Positions 38,148 through 50,578 of a stretch of DNA of 64,000 nucleotides are shown here, one piece after another. Position 1 is the first letter of the stretch. Each line of letters starts with the position of its first letter. Both the position numbers and the translations under genes were made by a program. Source of the stretch: Camelus dromedarius (lineage: Eukaryota); the NCBI RefSeq assembly GCF_036321535.1, contig NC_087436.1:78246001-78310000 (forward strand). Reading direction: 5' to 3'. Under the pieces are notes generated by a model. It was not told the origin of the DNA. It was given only the letters and a program-made list of their open reading frames with translations, and searched no databases.

Positions 38148-38765
38148 TTGAGGGAACTCTAATTCGAAAAGATACATGTACCCCAAGGTTCATAGCAGCA
38201 CTATATACAATAGCCAAGACATGGAAGCAACCTAAATGTCCATCAACAGATGACTGGATAAAGAAGTTGTGGTATATCTACACAGTGGAATACTACTCAG
38301 CCATAAAAAAGAATAAAAATAATGCCATTTGCAGCAACATGGGTGGACCTGGAGATCGTCATTCTAAATGAAGTCAGCCAGAAAGAGAAAGAAAAATACC
38401 ATATGATATCACTCATATGTGGAATCTAAAAAAAGAAAAAAGAAGAAGAAAGAGGACATTAATGAACTAATCTATGAAACAGAAACAGACTCGCAGACAT
38501 AGTAAACAATCTTATGGTTCCTGGAGGAAAGGGGGGGAAGGGATAAATTTGGGAATTTGAGATTTGTAAAGGTAACCACTATATATAAAAATAGATAAAA
38601 ACCAAATTTCTTCTGTATAGCACAGGGAACTATATTCAATATCTTGTAACAATCTTTAATGAAAAAAGTATGAAAACAAATACGTGTATATATATGCATG
38701 ACTGGGACATTATGCTGTACCTCAGAAACTGACACATTGTAACTGACTATACTTCAATTAAAAAA
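38148..38765 (+). mobile_element. Young 5'-truncated L1 (ORF2 C-terminus plus 3'UTR)
   Basis: ORF 38141-38371 reads KDTCTPRFIAALYTIAKTWKQPKCPSTDDWIKKLWYIYTVEYYSAIKKN, the L1 ORF2p C-terminus; degenerate TSD aaacatgaatgcccaggag / aaaaatgaatggacagcag. Confidence 0.93.
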
Positions 38766-40329
38766 ATTAATCAATTAATTTTTTTAAAAATGAATGGACA
38801 GCAGAGGACTGTAGGTATTTGAGTAAATTCTGCAATATTCAAGTGAGACAAGCAAACAAGTAATGAGAAAATAAGAGGAAGTCAGGAGAAATGGAGGCAA
38901 TGCAGGAAGAAGAAGAAAACTACAAAGACACTCTATTCAATGTCCTCAGGGGTCCTGAAACTGTTCACCCAGCATGCCTAAGGGATACGACTTCCCAGCT
39001 CCTTCCTCTCCTCAAAAGGGGCATATTAGCGCTCTTCTGACAGAGGGAGAGAAATAGGCAGTTTAAACATAATTTTTTAAAGTACATCCATGAAATTAAA
39101 GCATTATAAAAACAAACATAAAGAAGAAAATTCTTTTAGATATTAAAAATATTGCTAACATTTAAAAATAAGAAACAGTAAAAGAGCAGCAAGATTAGGT
39201 CAAGGAATTCACCCAGAAAGTAGGACAAAAAGACAAAGAGACGGAAATAGGACAAAAATATTTAAGAAGGTTAGAGGTTCAATCCAACCAATAGGAGTGC
39301 CAGAAAGAGAGAACAGAGAAAAATCACTGAAGAAGACGTTCTCAAAGAAATACTCCAAGGAAATTCACCAGCACTGAAGAATGAAATTCCCTGCTTAAAA
39401 GACAGCAAAATGAAGGAAAAGGAACACAAATTGAGGATAGCAGTGTAGAAGCTGAGAATACCAGGGATAAAGAGATCTTAAAGTTTTCTAGCAAGGAAAA
39501 ATTGGTCGCAAGCAAAGGCTCAGAAATAAGAAAAGTACCCATCTTCTCAAAAGGAACATTACAGGTAGAGGTCAATGTAGTAACAGCTCCAAAATTCTGA
39601 AAGAAAATAATTTGCCACCAATGATTCTAAATTTAACCGAACTATCAATCGAGTGTAAAAGGAGAATAAACTCTTTTCTGCAAATATGTAAAGTCTCAGA
39701 AAATTTACCCCCCATGGCTCTTCAGGAGGCTGAAGAGGATGAAGAAACAAACTAAGAAAGAAAATGACATAAATCCTGGACACAAGAGAAAGAAGCAAAG
39801 TGAATTGGGCAAAGGAGGGCATTTCTGCAGCAGGTCCAGGGAGCAGCCAACCTCGGCAGAATGGAATAACCGAGGGCCACAGAAGACGTCTCAGAAATAA
39901 CAAATAAAACAGAGGACGGGATATGATGGACTGTTTGGTAGGTTTGACTATGAGAAAAATTTTAAGAAGGACATCTTACAAAGCTGTCGGAGGGTATGGG
40001 GAAAAGAGTTGGGCCAGAGATTTGAAGGCAGTGAAGCAAATAAAAACAATGAATGAGGCGATCATTAATTCCAGAATAAAAATAAAGGAAATGTAACCAT
40101 CGCCTACTATTTGGCTCAGGAAAAAAAGCATATTTACCTAGTAAAAATATTAAAAAAAAAATGCCAAAAGTTGTAAAGTAACTAACTATATTGAAAGGAT
40201 AAAGGAAGTGAGAAGACAGGGCATGAGACAAAAAGTTCTGGCTTTATAAAATTGGAAGTCATAGAACAAATTACAGAATTAGGAGCAATTAATTGCCTCT
40301 GGAGAATGGCATTGAATGAGGGAGGGAAT

Positions 40330-40332
<3 letters not shown>

Positions 40333-40368
<36 letters not shown>

Positions 40369-40386
40369 TATATATATATATATATA
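40333..40386. repeat. Interrupted (TA)n microsatellite
   Basis: Direct observation. Confidence 0.95.
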
Positions 40387-40473
40387 GCACCATTTGACTT
40401 CTAAAACCAAGTGTATGTATTTGTGTGATAAACTTGAAAAATAAATGTAAGTTAAAAAATTGGATGAAATTAC

Positions 40474-41097
40474 TTACCATATGACCCAGGAATCCCGCTC
40501 CAGGGCATATATCCAGAAGGAACCCTACTCCAAAAAGACACCTGCACCCCAATGTTCATAGCAGCACTATTTACAATAGTCAAGACATGGAAACAGCCTA
40601 AATGTCCATCAACAGATGACTGGATAAAGAAGATGTGATATATTTATACAATGGAATACTATTCAGCCATAAAAACCAACAACATAATGCCATTTGCAGC
40701 AACATGGATGTTCCTGGAGAATGTCATTCTAAGTGAAGTAAGCCAGAAAGAGAAAGAAATATACCATATGAGATCACTCATATGTGGAATCTTAAAAAAA
40801 AATAAAATAAAATAAACACAAAACAGAAACAGACTCATGGACATAGAGTACAGACTTGTGGTTGCCAAGGGGGCGGGGGGTGGGAAGGGACAGACTAGGA
40901 TTTCAAAACGTAGAACAGATAAACAAGATTATACTGTATAGCACAGGGAAATATATATAAGATCTTGTGGTAGCTCACAGCGAAAAAAATATGACAATGA
41001 ATATATGTATGTTCACGTATAACTGAAAAATTGTGCTCTACATTGGAATTCGACACAACATTGTAAAATGACTATAACTCAATAAAAAGATATTTTT
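40474..41097 (+). mobile_element. Very young 5'-truncated L1 (ORF2 C-terminus plus 3'UTR)
   Basis: Perfect 19-bp TSD aaaaattggatgaaattac at 40455-40473 and 41098-41116; aataaa near the 3' end; CpGs retained. Confidence 0.95.
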
Positions 41098-42109
41098 AAA
41101 AATTGGATGAAATTACAATACAGTTAACCCTGTGCCCTATCTTTTTACAACTGAAATATTTCTAAAATACACTGGGGAAATAAAAAAGCCTTTTTCATTA
41201 GTGGAGCTAAGCTACAAATTTGTACTAAACATTTTATTTAAAAGATTTGGTAATAAATTATTAATCCCTCCCCCTCATCCGCAATTATGGCTCACAAATG
41301 ACCAAAATACAAAGCTCTCTACAGTCGTCTTTCTTTTTCATATCATTATTATTCACCCATAACTGTAGGTGTTTAAAAGTGACTCAGAACACTGGGGACG
41401 TCTTCATGACAGAGTATTACAACACACACACAAAACCGCCTCCCTCTTACCCCATTCCCGACTGCAAAAACATGAAAGAAATGGGGACACTTTCCTGAAC
41501 TGTCTACCTTATGAGCCTAAGACTTTTAGTAGTGATATTCATCGTGTATATCATACTATCATTAATTAAAATTAATTATAAACTCAAAGGGCAAGAATAA
41601 ACAAACATACTCGGGAGCTAGCAATTTTGTGATATCATGAAGAATATGAAATTAGAAAGGATTCTGCCCAGAATTTTCAGACAGATAAGGCAAAAGAAAC
41701 AGTTAAATCAGGGGTTCTGAGCCTCTTCTCTCCCCAACCCGCCTAAGAGACAGGACACAGTCTGTTGTGACTCAGGCTCACTAGTCACCTCCCATCTTCC
41801 ACGGGACGGGGCATTACCAGCTCTTCTGCTCATGAAGAAGAGACGTGGGTGGTGTGAAGACATCCCACAGGGACTTCCGGCAGGCCCCTGTGTCCTGCTC
41901 GCCCCCACTCACAGGAGACTTTTCCCCTCTCTTCCCTCTCCACTCTGCTCCTCTCCTCCCAACAGAGATAACTAGCTTAGGGATCAAATTAAGAAGATGG
42001 TGTCACCACAGGGCAAAAGATAAGAGCTCAGAGCAACACAAAGACAGAATGTTTGTAATCTGCGTCCACTACCTCCAGTTTCATGTCATTTGCTGATCCG
42101 CCAAGCTTA

Positions 42110-42520
42110 GCACTGAGACTTCCAGAAGGCACGAACGTGGAACATCAGAGACCACTTCAGACGACTTTCCCCACCAAGGACCCCCATTTCTCTTCCCGAT
42201 CCCCACGGTCCCCCTCAGAGCAGGGACTTAGCATCACTGGATCTGAGCACTGCCAAGACCGTGGCGCAGCAGACAGGGCACTTCTGGCGCTGTGACCAGG
42301 GCCACACAGGCCTTGGCTCACTTCCTGCTGTTGGCACCTTCCCTCCGGTGTGTGACTGAGCTCAACCCACAGCCCTGCACAGACCCCAGTGGCACACCTG
42401 TCCACTGGCTGTTCCCCCGTCCCTGACTCCCCCACCCCACCCGCTCAGTCCTGCCTGCTAGGATCACCTCCAAAATAAACTACCTCCTTGTTTCAGACAG
42501 TTTTCAGAAATCCAAGGGAA
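42110..42520 (+). mobile_element. ERVL-type LTR (LTR33/LTR16-like)
   Basis: 'ctaggatcacctccaaaataaactacct...ttttcagaaatccaag' 3' LTR pattern; start uncertain. Confidence 0.5.
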
Positions 42521-42549
42521 GAGCACGATCATGTTAAACTGCAGTTTTC

Positions 42550-42740
42550 TTTCTTTTTTTTTATATTGAAGTATAGTCAGTTTACAATGCTGTGCTAGTT
42601 TCTGGTGTACAGCATAGTGATTCAGTTTTATACATGCACACACACATTTATATATATTCCTTTTCATATTTTTTATCATAGGCTATTACAAGGTATTGAA
42701 TATGGTTCCCTATGCTAAACAGTATGACCCTGTTTATCTA
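42550..42740 (-). mobile_element. Short young L1 3'UTR insertion
   Basis: T-tail, 'attgaagtatagtcagtttacaatgctgtgctagtttctggtgtacagcatagtgattcag'; TSD ttaaactgcagtt / ttaaactcgagtt. Confidence 0.88.
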
Positions 42741-43019
42741 TTAAACTCGAGTTCTCAGGTTAACTTTACAACCTTACACTGCCCTCTCTCCTACAGACTA
42801 GCTACTCAGGGAAACAATACTTATTTCCACGGCACTCTATTTCTGTCAAATAAAGAAATATCACACTTATGAGTGACAAGGAAAGTGACAGGGTGGTTGT
42901 TATTACCAACTCCCAGTCTTTTCCATTTTTAAACAAACAAGGAAGCTGAGGCTTGGAGCGGTTGTGTCTCATCCAGTAACAAAGGATCTGTACGTGGTGT
43001 GGACAGGGTACTGTGTGTC

Positions 43020-43452
43020 CTGATACTGATCACAGGTGCTGTGGGTACCCCACACAGATCTCCTTTATCAGGTCAGTTTCTCCATCTCTCAGCTGCTGTA
43101 GGTGTTGCTGCTAAGAGCTCACAGCTGCACCTTTCTCCAGAGAATTGCCGTCCGTGGACATCAATGCCTGGGAGGGCGTGTACTTCCACCCTACTCTAGG
43201 GCTTCCCAGAGTTAATAACTGACAGACAAAGGGCCACCAAAGCCCAGCCACCTCATCTCAGGATGGGACTTCTCTTGGTGTCATTCATGCCCCCAAGCTC
43301 CCCGTGTGATCAGGATGAGGCTAGATTTCAGTTGAAACCCATCTTTGCTAATCTTCTTCCCCTGCCCTGTCCCGTTCTCTCACTTCCTTACAAGTCCTTC
43401 ACTCAATAAATCATTCACACATCCCTGTCTCTAGTGAACCCTACCCAAGATA
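43020..43452 (+). mobile_element. LTR16B-like (ERVL) solo LTR
   Basis: 'cagctgctgtaggtgttgctgctaagagctcacagctgcacc...cactcaataaatcattcacac...acccaagata'. Confidence 0.7.
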
Positions 43453-44028
43453 AGATCCATAGTTCATGATTCCTAGTCTGGTGGTTTCCCACTGCAGAAC
43501 ACCACGTAGCTAAAGAAATGCAGGAGACACGACATACTAACCACTTACTTATTAATGCTGGCCACTCATCCGGGATAGACATTCTTCCTGTGTTTCAGAA
43601 ACATCATGTAAACTTATCTCTCAGTCAATCTTCTAGCAATACTACCAAGAAGTGTGTCTGCCTCAGATGAGGACAAAGATATTGTGCTTTTAGGTATAAA
43701 CTTTTAAATACTTTAATTAATACATTTTAGCAGTGTCACTTTATACCACTTAATATCCTTCACTAATTACAAAGTGCTATAAATCCAAGGTGGACAATAA
43801 GAAACTCACAGGTCGATGCAATTAACACGTCTCATTTGATAGCAGCATATAAAATAGTTCATCAGAAGTACCTGCCTACAAAATGATACAATTATTTTCT
43901 CACTTTGCCCATAGTACCCTGTTCCTCAAGGTCTAAAGTGATGTAAATTCTATGAACGTTAATTTTCTGAAAATTCTCACAAAGATGATGGTTCATTCTG
44001 TTGGCAATCATCCCTGAGAACTGAGACC

Positions 44029-44400
44029 TGTATCAATCAAGGTCTAATGAGGAAATCAGAAACCACAGTACACACCTACAACAGGGACTTCCGTAAGAGG
44101 AAGAGAGGCAGTGGCACCGCGATGGAAGAGCTGCTGAGAAACCAGACAGGAGAGCGAGGCAGCCCAGAGTTTACAGCAGCTGAAAGCCACGACCAGCCGC
44201 AGGCTAGACGATGAAGGCAGGAGGAGGCAGCCAGGGTGCCCGGGAGGAGCCAGGGCCCTGCCTCTTCCATCCTCCCCCCAACCTCCAGTTTCCTCCATCG
44301 GTGGACCCCTTCCAAAGACCAACTGACAAGGAGGAGCCTGGGCACCAATCCAGCCCGCCAGGTTCGACCCCCGTCACAGGGGGTCACAGAGCAGAGGAAG
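44029..44400 (-). mobile_element. Ancient LTR (subfamily uncertain)
   Basis: Begins tgtatcaatcaaggtctaatgaggaaatcagaaaccac, resembling the reverse 3' end of old ERV LTRs. Confidence 0.5.
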
Positions 44401-45324
44401 GGCAAGGAAGGCACACGCAGGCAAACGGGACTGGAACCAGCACCTCGACATTCTAAACATGGCAGCAAAGATCCCATATAATCGAAGGCGTCCATGTGAG
44501 AAGCAGCACATCCAGATCATTGCCTGAAATTCTAACACCAGAGAACAAAATGAGGGGGAATCTAGTCTTTGATTTTGCAGCTCATGAAATTACAAATCAA
44601 AACCACAAGGAAAACCTTCTGACTCAGGTTTGTAGCAGCACTTAAATGTTATTTCAGCAAGCCTTCTCATTGGCATCCTTAGGAACAGCTTTGTGAACAG
44701 ACTAGGCGGTTTTGCAAAAAGCTGTATTTCCAATCAGGACGAAGAAAAATGTATCTGGTCTGTTGTTGTAATCACCTAACCTCCAAGTTATTCTATAACA
44801 TGTAAATACTTGCTGCCTACGCTTAAGTTTAAGAGATTGCTGAATTTAAACATATGTTTCTACAATTTGAGGTGAAAATCATTGTGTAAACACCAGGTAT
44901 TATAATTAATGCTTGCAATGATACTCAGGATCAAAAGAAAAGAAAAAAATTATTCAAGAATGAGTCTTTGATGCAAAAATTAAATTTAGCAGAGAAAAGT
45001 CTATTGTGCAAACTGAACAAGCACTTATTAACGTAATAAATCCAATGATTTGTTTGAATCCCCCCAGTATTTTTTCCTTTTTTCAAATTTCAGTGGTAAT
45101 AGCATCAGAAACTGAAGTACAATCAGAAACTGTGTTATGAGCAATTGGGATTTGTGGAAAACAGGAAACTTGGAAAATATACAGAATGTCATAGCTCCAC
45201 CGGCCCAAATACAGTTAGCATATTGGTATTCCAGTCACAAGCTGTTTATTGAGAGCCCAGAACAGGAACCATTATTGAGAGTTCTGTGCTAGACAGTGGA
45301 CAGTTCCAATTTGATTTTAAGTCT

Positions 45325-45521
45325 AACTTATGGTTACCAGGGGGTAAAGAAGTGGGGAAGGGATAAATTGGGAATTCAAGATTTGCACCTTTTGGGGAGT
45401 GATGGAGAGTGGTGGCGGTTTCATAGGTGTATACACCTATCAAAATCCAACAAATTGTACATCTGAAATATGTGTAGTTGACTGTACAGGAATCATACCA
45501 CAATAAAGGTGGTTTTTTAAA
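45325..45521 (+). mobile_element. Chimeric L1 insertion: young L1 3'UTR segment fused to an old L1MB/ME-type 3' terminus
   Basis: 45325-45387 matches young L1 copies in this window; 45388-45510 matches old L1M termini; flanked by aagtctaactta / aagtctaaatta. Confidence 0.7.
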
Positions 45522-46159
45522 AAGTCTAAATTAAGACCACAACTCCCACTCCTTCATAGCACAGGGGAGCGATGGGGAGGAGAGGCAGGGGAAAGAAGGC
45601 ATTGCTACCCTCCCCTCATCCTGCAGTGACACAGTACAAGGATAGCTGCCACTGCTTAGGATGCCGCAGACAGCAAATCAATTGTCTGATTTCCCAACAG
45701 AGTTTGCCATCCCCAACTAGCACTGTATTTCCAAATACATAAATAACCTCCCAAGAAAAGGAAATCCCTCCAGGAGTGAGAACTAAAGTTCCATTACAGA
45801 ACATTATTTTTTCCACCTCTGGTTTTATTCTACTGCCTTGTCTTTAAAAATGTTTGAATCTAGTAAAATTAGATGTTCACTTCTGAAGATGTAAGATGCA
45901 CTCTAGACTCTGTGTCACACAGTTCAGCACCAAACAATTCTATGCTGCGTCGCCATTTGATATGTTTATGTCCATCGTTCTCCACTCCCGCTGAAGCTGT
46001 CAGTGAGGTGCTCGAGGTCAGATCTCATGTTTCCCTGTCATCCAACAGCCCCCCTCACCCACCAAGCACCAAGTACCTGCTCAATAAGTACTTCTGATAT
46101 GATTAACTCTGATTTTAAAATAAAGTCCAAACTATTGCAGACAAATTACAAATTACCTT

Positions 46160-46470
46160 CTGGAACACACGTCATCAGATATTCACGAGGCGTTTCCCCT
46201 TACTTCATTCAGGCAAATGCTCACACAACAGCCCCTCAGAGTGGCCTTCTTTGACTATAAAATGAGAACCCCCTACCACTTTCTATCTCTTTATCCTGCC
46301 TTCTTTCTCTCTTAGTTGATGGCCACTCGATGTATTGTTGAATATATTCCCCACTAAACCCTAAGCTCCATGGTCTTTCTTGTTCACTGCCGTGTCCTCA
46401 GTCCCTAGAACAGAAGCTGGTTCAGAGTAACCCTCAGTGAGTATGGACCAATTCAACATGTGAATGAGTT
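46160..46470 (+). mobile_element. L2 LINE 3' fragment
   Basis: 'ccccactaaaccctaagctccatgg...tgttcactgccgtgtcctcagtccctagaacag'. Confidence 0.7.
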
Positions 46471-47150
46471 AAATTTGTACCTACACATGAAAAATTACGT
46501 ATAAAAACAAGTAATGGGCCTAGAAAACGTTTAAACCACCATACAAAGTAGAATTTATACACGAAAGCCAAATAAATTTGACTTCACTAATTGATCTTGC
46601 AATAAGTTCTAATGATACAAATGGATAAAATAAACCATTCACTCACTCTAAAAACAGGCATCCTAAAGCATGTGGAAACTTTCCTCTATGTATATACAAG
46701 CACAATAAATGGTTACTAATAAGTAAAAAGTAAACATTTCATCCTTTTCAATGTAATCCACTGAAATTTAACCTTTCAGGAACATAAAGAATTCTAAGAA
46801 CAGGAATTCTCTTCTTTTTAATTTTTAGATTTTAAATGTTTACTCTCTGAATCTCAATGTCCCCATCTGTAAAACCTAGCTAGCTCATAGGATTGGTGTA
46901 TGATAGAAATGACAAAATATATCTGAAGTGCTTGGTACAGTATCTGCACATAGCAAAAAACAAAAACAGGTGATAAAGACAAGTAAGTTCAGGGGCCAAT
47001 GAAAACCCAAGAGGAGGACTACCTGTGCCAGTGGAGGTCAAAGGAGCTGCTTGAAATGAGGGCTCTTGAGTTTTGAAGGGTCACCAGGCATCAGTCAAAC
47101 CCAGGACTGGAGCCTGAAGGTCATTTTAAGCTAAAGGAAGAGTATGTTGA

Positions 47151-47297
47151 GGGGGAAGGTATAGCTCAGGGGTAGAGTGTGTGCCTAGCATACACGAGGT
47201 CCTGGGTTCAATCCCCAATACCTCCATTAAAATAAATGAATTTTAAAAATTTAACTACCCCCCCCAAAACAAAATAAAGAAAAAATTTTTTAAAAAA
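47151..47297 (+). mobile_element. tRNA-Ala-derived camelid SINE (Vic-1 type)
   Basis: 'ggggaaggtatagctcaggggtagag...cgaggtcctgggttcaatccccaatacctcca' plus AT-rich body and tail. Confidence 0.9.
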
Positions 47298-47698
47298 GAG
47301 GACATTCCTCGAACAAGAACAGTAACAGCTGGTAGCCTTAGGGAGGGAACTGAGTTTGCAGAAAAGATCTTGAAAAACTACTCTGCAAAGGGAAGGTGAA
47401 GCCACAAAGCAAGGAGATCTCACAACAAGCAGGAAGTCAAACCAAATATAAACGAGAAACTACGATGGGTGAGAGAAGAGAAGGGAGAGGATAAGAGTGA
47501 AAAAACAGAAGACCTGGTAACACAATGAAAACTGTGTTTATAGTCATTTCAGTCTAGAATCAAGCTCCATTTTACATATCATCACAAAGTATTTTTGCAC
47601 ACTTTGACTATGCAATAAATTTTCCAGAAAGGAAACAATCATATAAATTTTATAAAGATTGAACTTTGATAGTGTGGTATTTTCCAAGAGTTGGTCAC

Positions 47699-48130
47699 TG
47701 TATTAGTTTCTTTTTGCTGCTGTAAGAGATGATCACGAACTTAGTGGCTTCAAACAACACATATTTATCATCTGTCAACTTTAGAGATCAGAAGTCTACA
47801 GTGGTCTTCACAGCTGTGTTCCTTCTGCAGGTTCTGTGGAGAATCCCTTTTCTTTCCTTTTCCAGCTTCTAAAGGCTGCCCACACTCCTTGGCTCAAGGC
47901 CCCGTACCACTCCAACCTCTTCTTCCACTGTCCCACCTTCTCTGCCTCTGACATTCCTGTCTGTCTCTTATGAGGACCCTTGGGTTGACACTGGGCCCAC
48001 AAGGATAATTCAGTATACGATCTCCATCTCGAGATCCTGAACTTAATATCTGCAAAGCACCCTAACGTGTTCAGTTTCCAGAAATTGGCAAATAGACATC
48101 CTTGGCAAGGCCATTACTCTGCTTAGCACA
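47699..48130 (-). mobile_element. MLT1C/D-type MaLR solo LTR
   Basis: TG...CA termini with perfect 5-bp TSD gtcac at 47694-47698 and 48131-48135. Confidence 0.88.
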
Positions 48131-49287
48131 GTCACCATTTGGAGAAATCATATCACTGACTGCGATGACAAGGATCCTGGGTTTTGAGTGGCTAAGATAG
48201 AACACCTGCTCAGTCTGCATTATTCACAGTCTCATTCTCAATGATTCTAAAAAAAGAGATGAAAATATCTCACAATCTTTTATGTCTCTGATATAGTTCT
48301 ACCTAAGAATTTACATTTACTTTATTTACTTTCTTTTAATTTTTTGTACAGTTGGAGCATTTCTTAAAGTATGTGTAAACAGGTTATATTATTCATACAA
48401 ATAGTAAAGGAGTCATTACAAAATGTTTGTTAAACATTTACTGCCTAAAGTGGTCACTGGATCCAATAGGACCAAGAACAACTCAGTTAGACGGTATTAT
48501 TTTTAGTGAGCTGAGTGGTATTGAAAAGTCTACCATATGTATATTAAATCTGGTCACAGCAGTAGCAGCAAGTGTGAAGTTGAAGGTAAATATTCTATGG
48601 TAAATATGCTAATAAAATGAGCAGATGTGCTTACAGGGTACGGCTAATTTAACTGAACTTTCTTACCTACCCGTGCATTCTCAGACCCTGCCCCCTCCTT
48701 GGCCAGCCCTCTCAGCTCCTTACCCGTTCCAGTCCTGCAGGCATGGAGAATCTGACAGATAATGAAGCATCTGGAGAATCAGCTGAAGCATCACAGACAG
48801 CTGAGCTCTGTACAGTTACATGAAGCATTGCAAAAGGAAAAATCAAGGTCATTCCACTGATGAAGACTCTTCCATCAGTGTAATGACGGCTAGAGGAGGT
48901 GGGATGGCCAGGAAAAGGGGGGAAGACAGTGAAAGGATAGGAAGACAGGACAACTCAAACTGGGAGCAGAGGACTGTGAGATTGGGAACAACAGCCTGAT
49001 GGGCTATTCTGGGTTGTGGTAAACACCTCCGGCTGTCTATTACGATGAGGAGGTTATGTAGTGAAGTACACACAGTAAAGAAGCCAGAAAACAGGCCTGA
49101 GTGAGCTCAGACACACTGGAGCACCGTTTCCCTGCAGTTCTAGGGCTGAGCTGTGTGGGTCCCCTTCAGCTGCAGGGTTCCCTCACTCTCCATTCTGGGC
49201 CTGAACCTTATGGTGAAACAGCCTCTTCCTCTTTGCTCTTGCCTCTTCCAACAACAGATGCATTGATTGCCTTGGTCTCACTGTCTT

Positions 49288-49290
<3 letters not shown>

Positions 49291-49358
<68 letters not shown>
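49291..49358. repeat. (GT)34 microsatellite
   Basis: Perfect run. Confidence 0.97.
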
Positions 49359-49360
<2 letters not shown>

Positions 49361-49639
49361 CCTGATTCTCTCTCTTCCCCTCTCCTCCTTTGTCTCTTCC
49401 TTCCTCTCTTCCAACATCAGATTGGACAGAAACCACATAGTATAGAAAAACCAATAAGCTACGTCTTCCCATCAAATTAATTCAGTTCCTCTGAGCCAGT
49501 CACCTACACATGGCCTCTCTGAGCTCATGACTGTATCCCTGATCCAGGAGGAACGCCAGGAGAGCAGAGGCACATCAGCAAGCACAGAACTTGATGATCT
49601 GGGGGGCTGAGCCACCCCAGCAGATGTGGGTGGTATGGT

Positions 49640-49870
49640 ACCGTGGACTAAGTAGCTTCTAGAGTCAAACTGCCTGGATCTTGGCCCTGTCACTTATTAG
49701 CTTTAACCTGAGTAAGTTACTCACCATCATTAAGCCTCAGTTTTCTCATCCATAAAATGTGGAGATACATAGGAAATAATAGAACTTACGAAGTTGTTCT
49801 GTATATTAATTTTTTTCAAAAAGCATGAAAAGTGCTTAGCACCATACCTGGCATAGGGTAGCTCCTAAAT
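49640..49870 (+). mobile_element. MIR SINE
   Basis: 'ctagagtcaaactgcctggatc...cacttattagc...agcctcagttttctcatccataaaatg'. Confidence 0.78.
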
Positions 49871-50462
49871 GCTGGCCAGATTTCAGCCTGTTGGCCAACA
49901 AGACCATGTTATCCATCATAGTTTTTTTTTTTAAAACATTAATTTTGATTTATAAAATAGTGCATTAACATTTTAAAAGATTACATTATCTGAAAGTGTT
50001 CATCATGATTACTAGGTTTCTCGGCACCCTCTCAAATACTGTGCTTACCTCACTCACCTCATTCTAGATCTAGACCGGCTTGTGGCGGTGACGCTATGCT
50101 TCTGGACCCATCAGCTCAGGCAGCTGCCTCCCAGAAACCTATCATTTGCATTTTAATGTCCAGATTTCCCTTGCTACTCCTTCCTTTTGTGGACTATCTT
50201 ATTTCTCTCTTCTATTTCTTCCCCATTTTGGTTGTTTTATGATTGAGTTCTTAAGGTTTGAGAATATTTTTGTTTGCAAAATTTGTGTCCGGAATAATAT
50301 TGGGTCTTGGACTAATGTCATTATGCAGAAGCTACCATATTTATGTAGTGGACTCCTGTCCTTAGTTTCATTTTAAAGGAGATTTATTCTTAGCTTAACT
50401 AGAATGCAGAACTGCTGTTCTGTAAGTCAAGCGCCTGGTGGGAAAAAGAAGAGTGATAACAC

Positions 50463-50501
50463 GTCTACAGCCATACCACCCTGAACGCGCCCTATCTCAT
50501 C
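50463..50501 (+). pseudogene. Tailless 3'-truncated 5S rRNA retropseudogene (nt 1-39)
   Basis: gtctacagccataccaccctgaacgcgccctatctcatc is 36/39 identical to the mammalian 5S 5' end; 15-bp TSD agaagagtgataaca at 50447-50461 and 50502-50516; no poly(A). Confidence 0.93.
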
Positions 50502-50578
50502 AGAAGAGTGATAACATGGAATTATCTTTTACTAAAAAAGTCTTAAATACCATAATACACTAGATGAAAATAAGTTTA

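Larger units (their letters stand above)
37490..40450 (+). mobile_element. HAL1/old L1M-like element (decayed ORF1-like region plus 3' end), interrupted by a young L1 and (TA)n
   Basis: Starts ttcaagatgg; A-rich ORF1-like text 'aataggagtgccagaaagagagaacagag', 'aaaattctgaaagaaaataatttg'; 3' end resembles 4270-4420. Confidence 0.6.

Noticed and set aside
38141..38371. 76-aa ORF as a host protein-coding gene
   Set aside because: It is the L1 ORF2p C-terminal remnant of a 5'-truncated insertion
49101..49480. ORFs with VCVC/HTHT runs (also 9809-10171 and 23739-24164)
   Set aside because: Translations of (GT)n/(CA)n microsatellites
50463..50501. Functional 5S rRNA gene
   Set aside because: Only 39 of about 120 nt, no internal promoter boxes, flanked by a TSD
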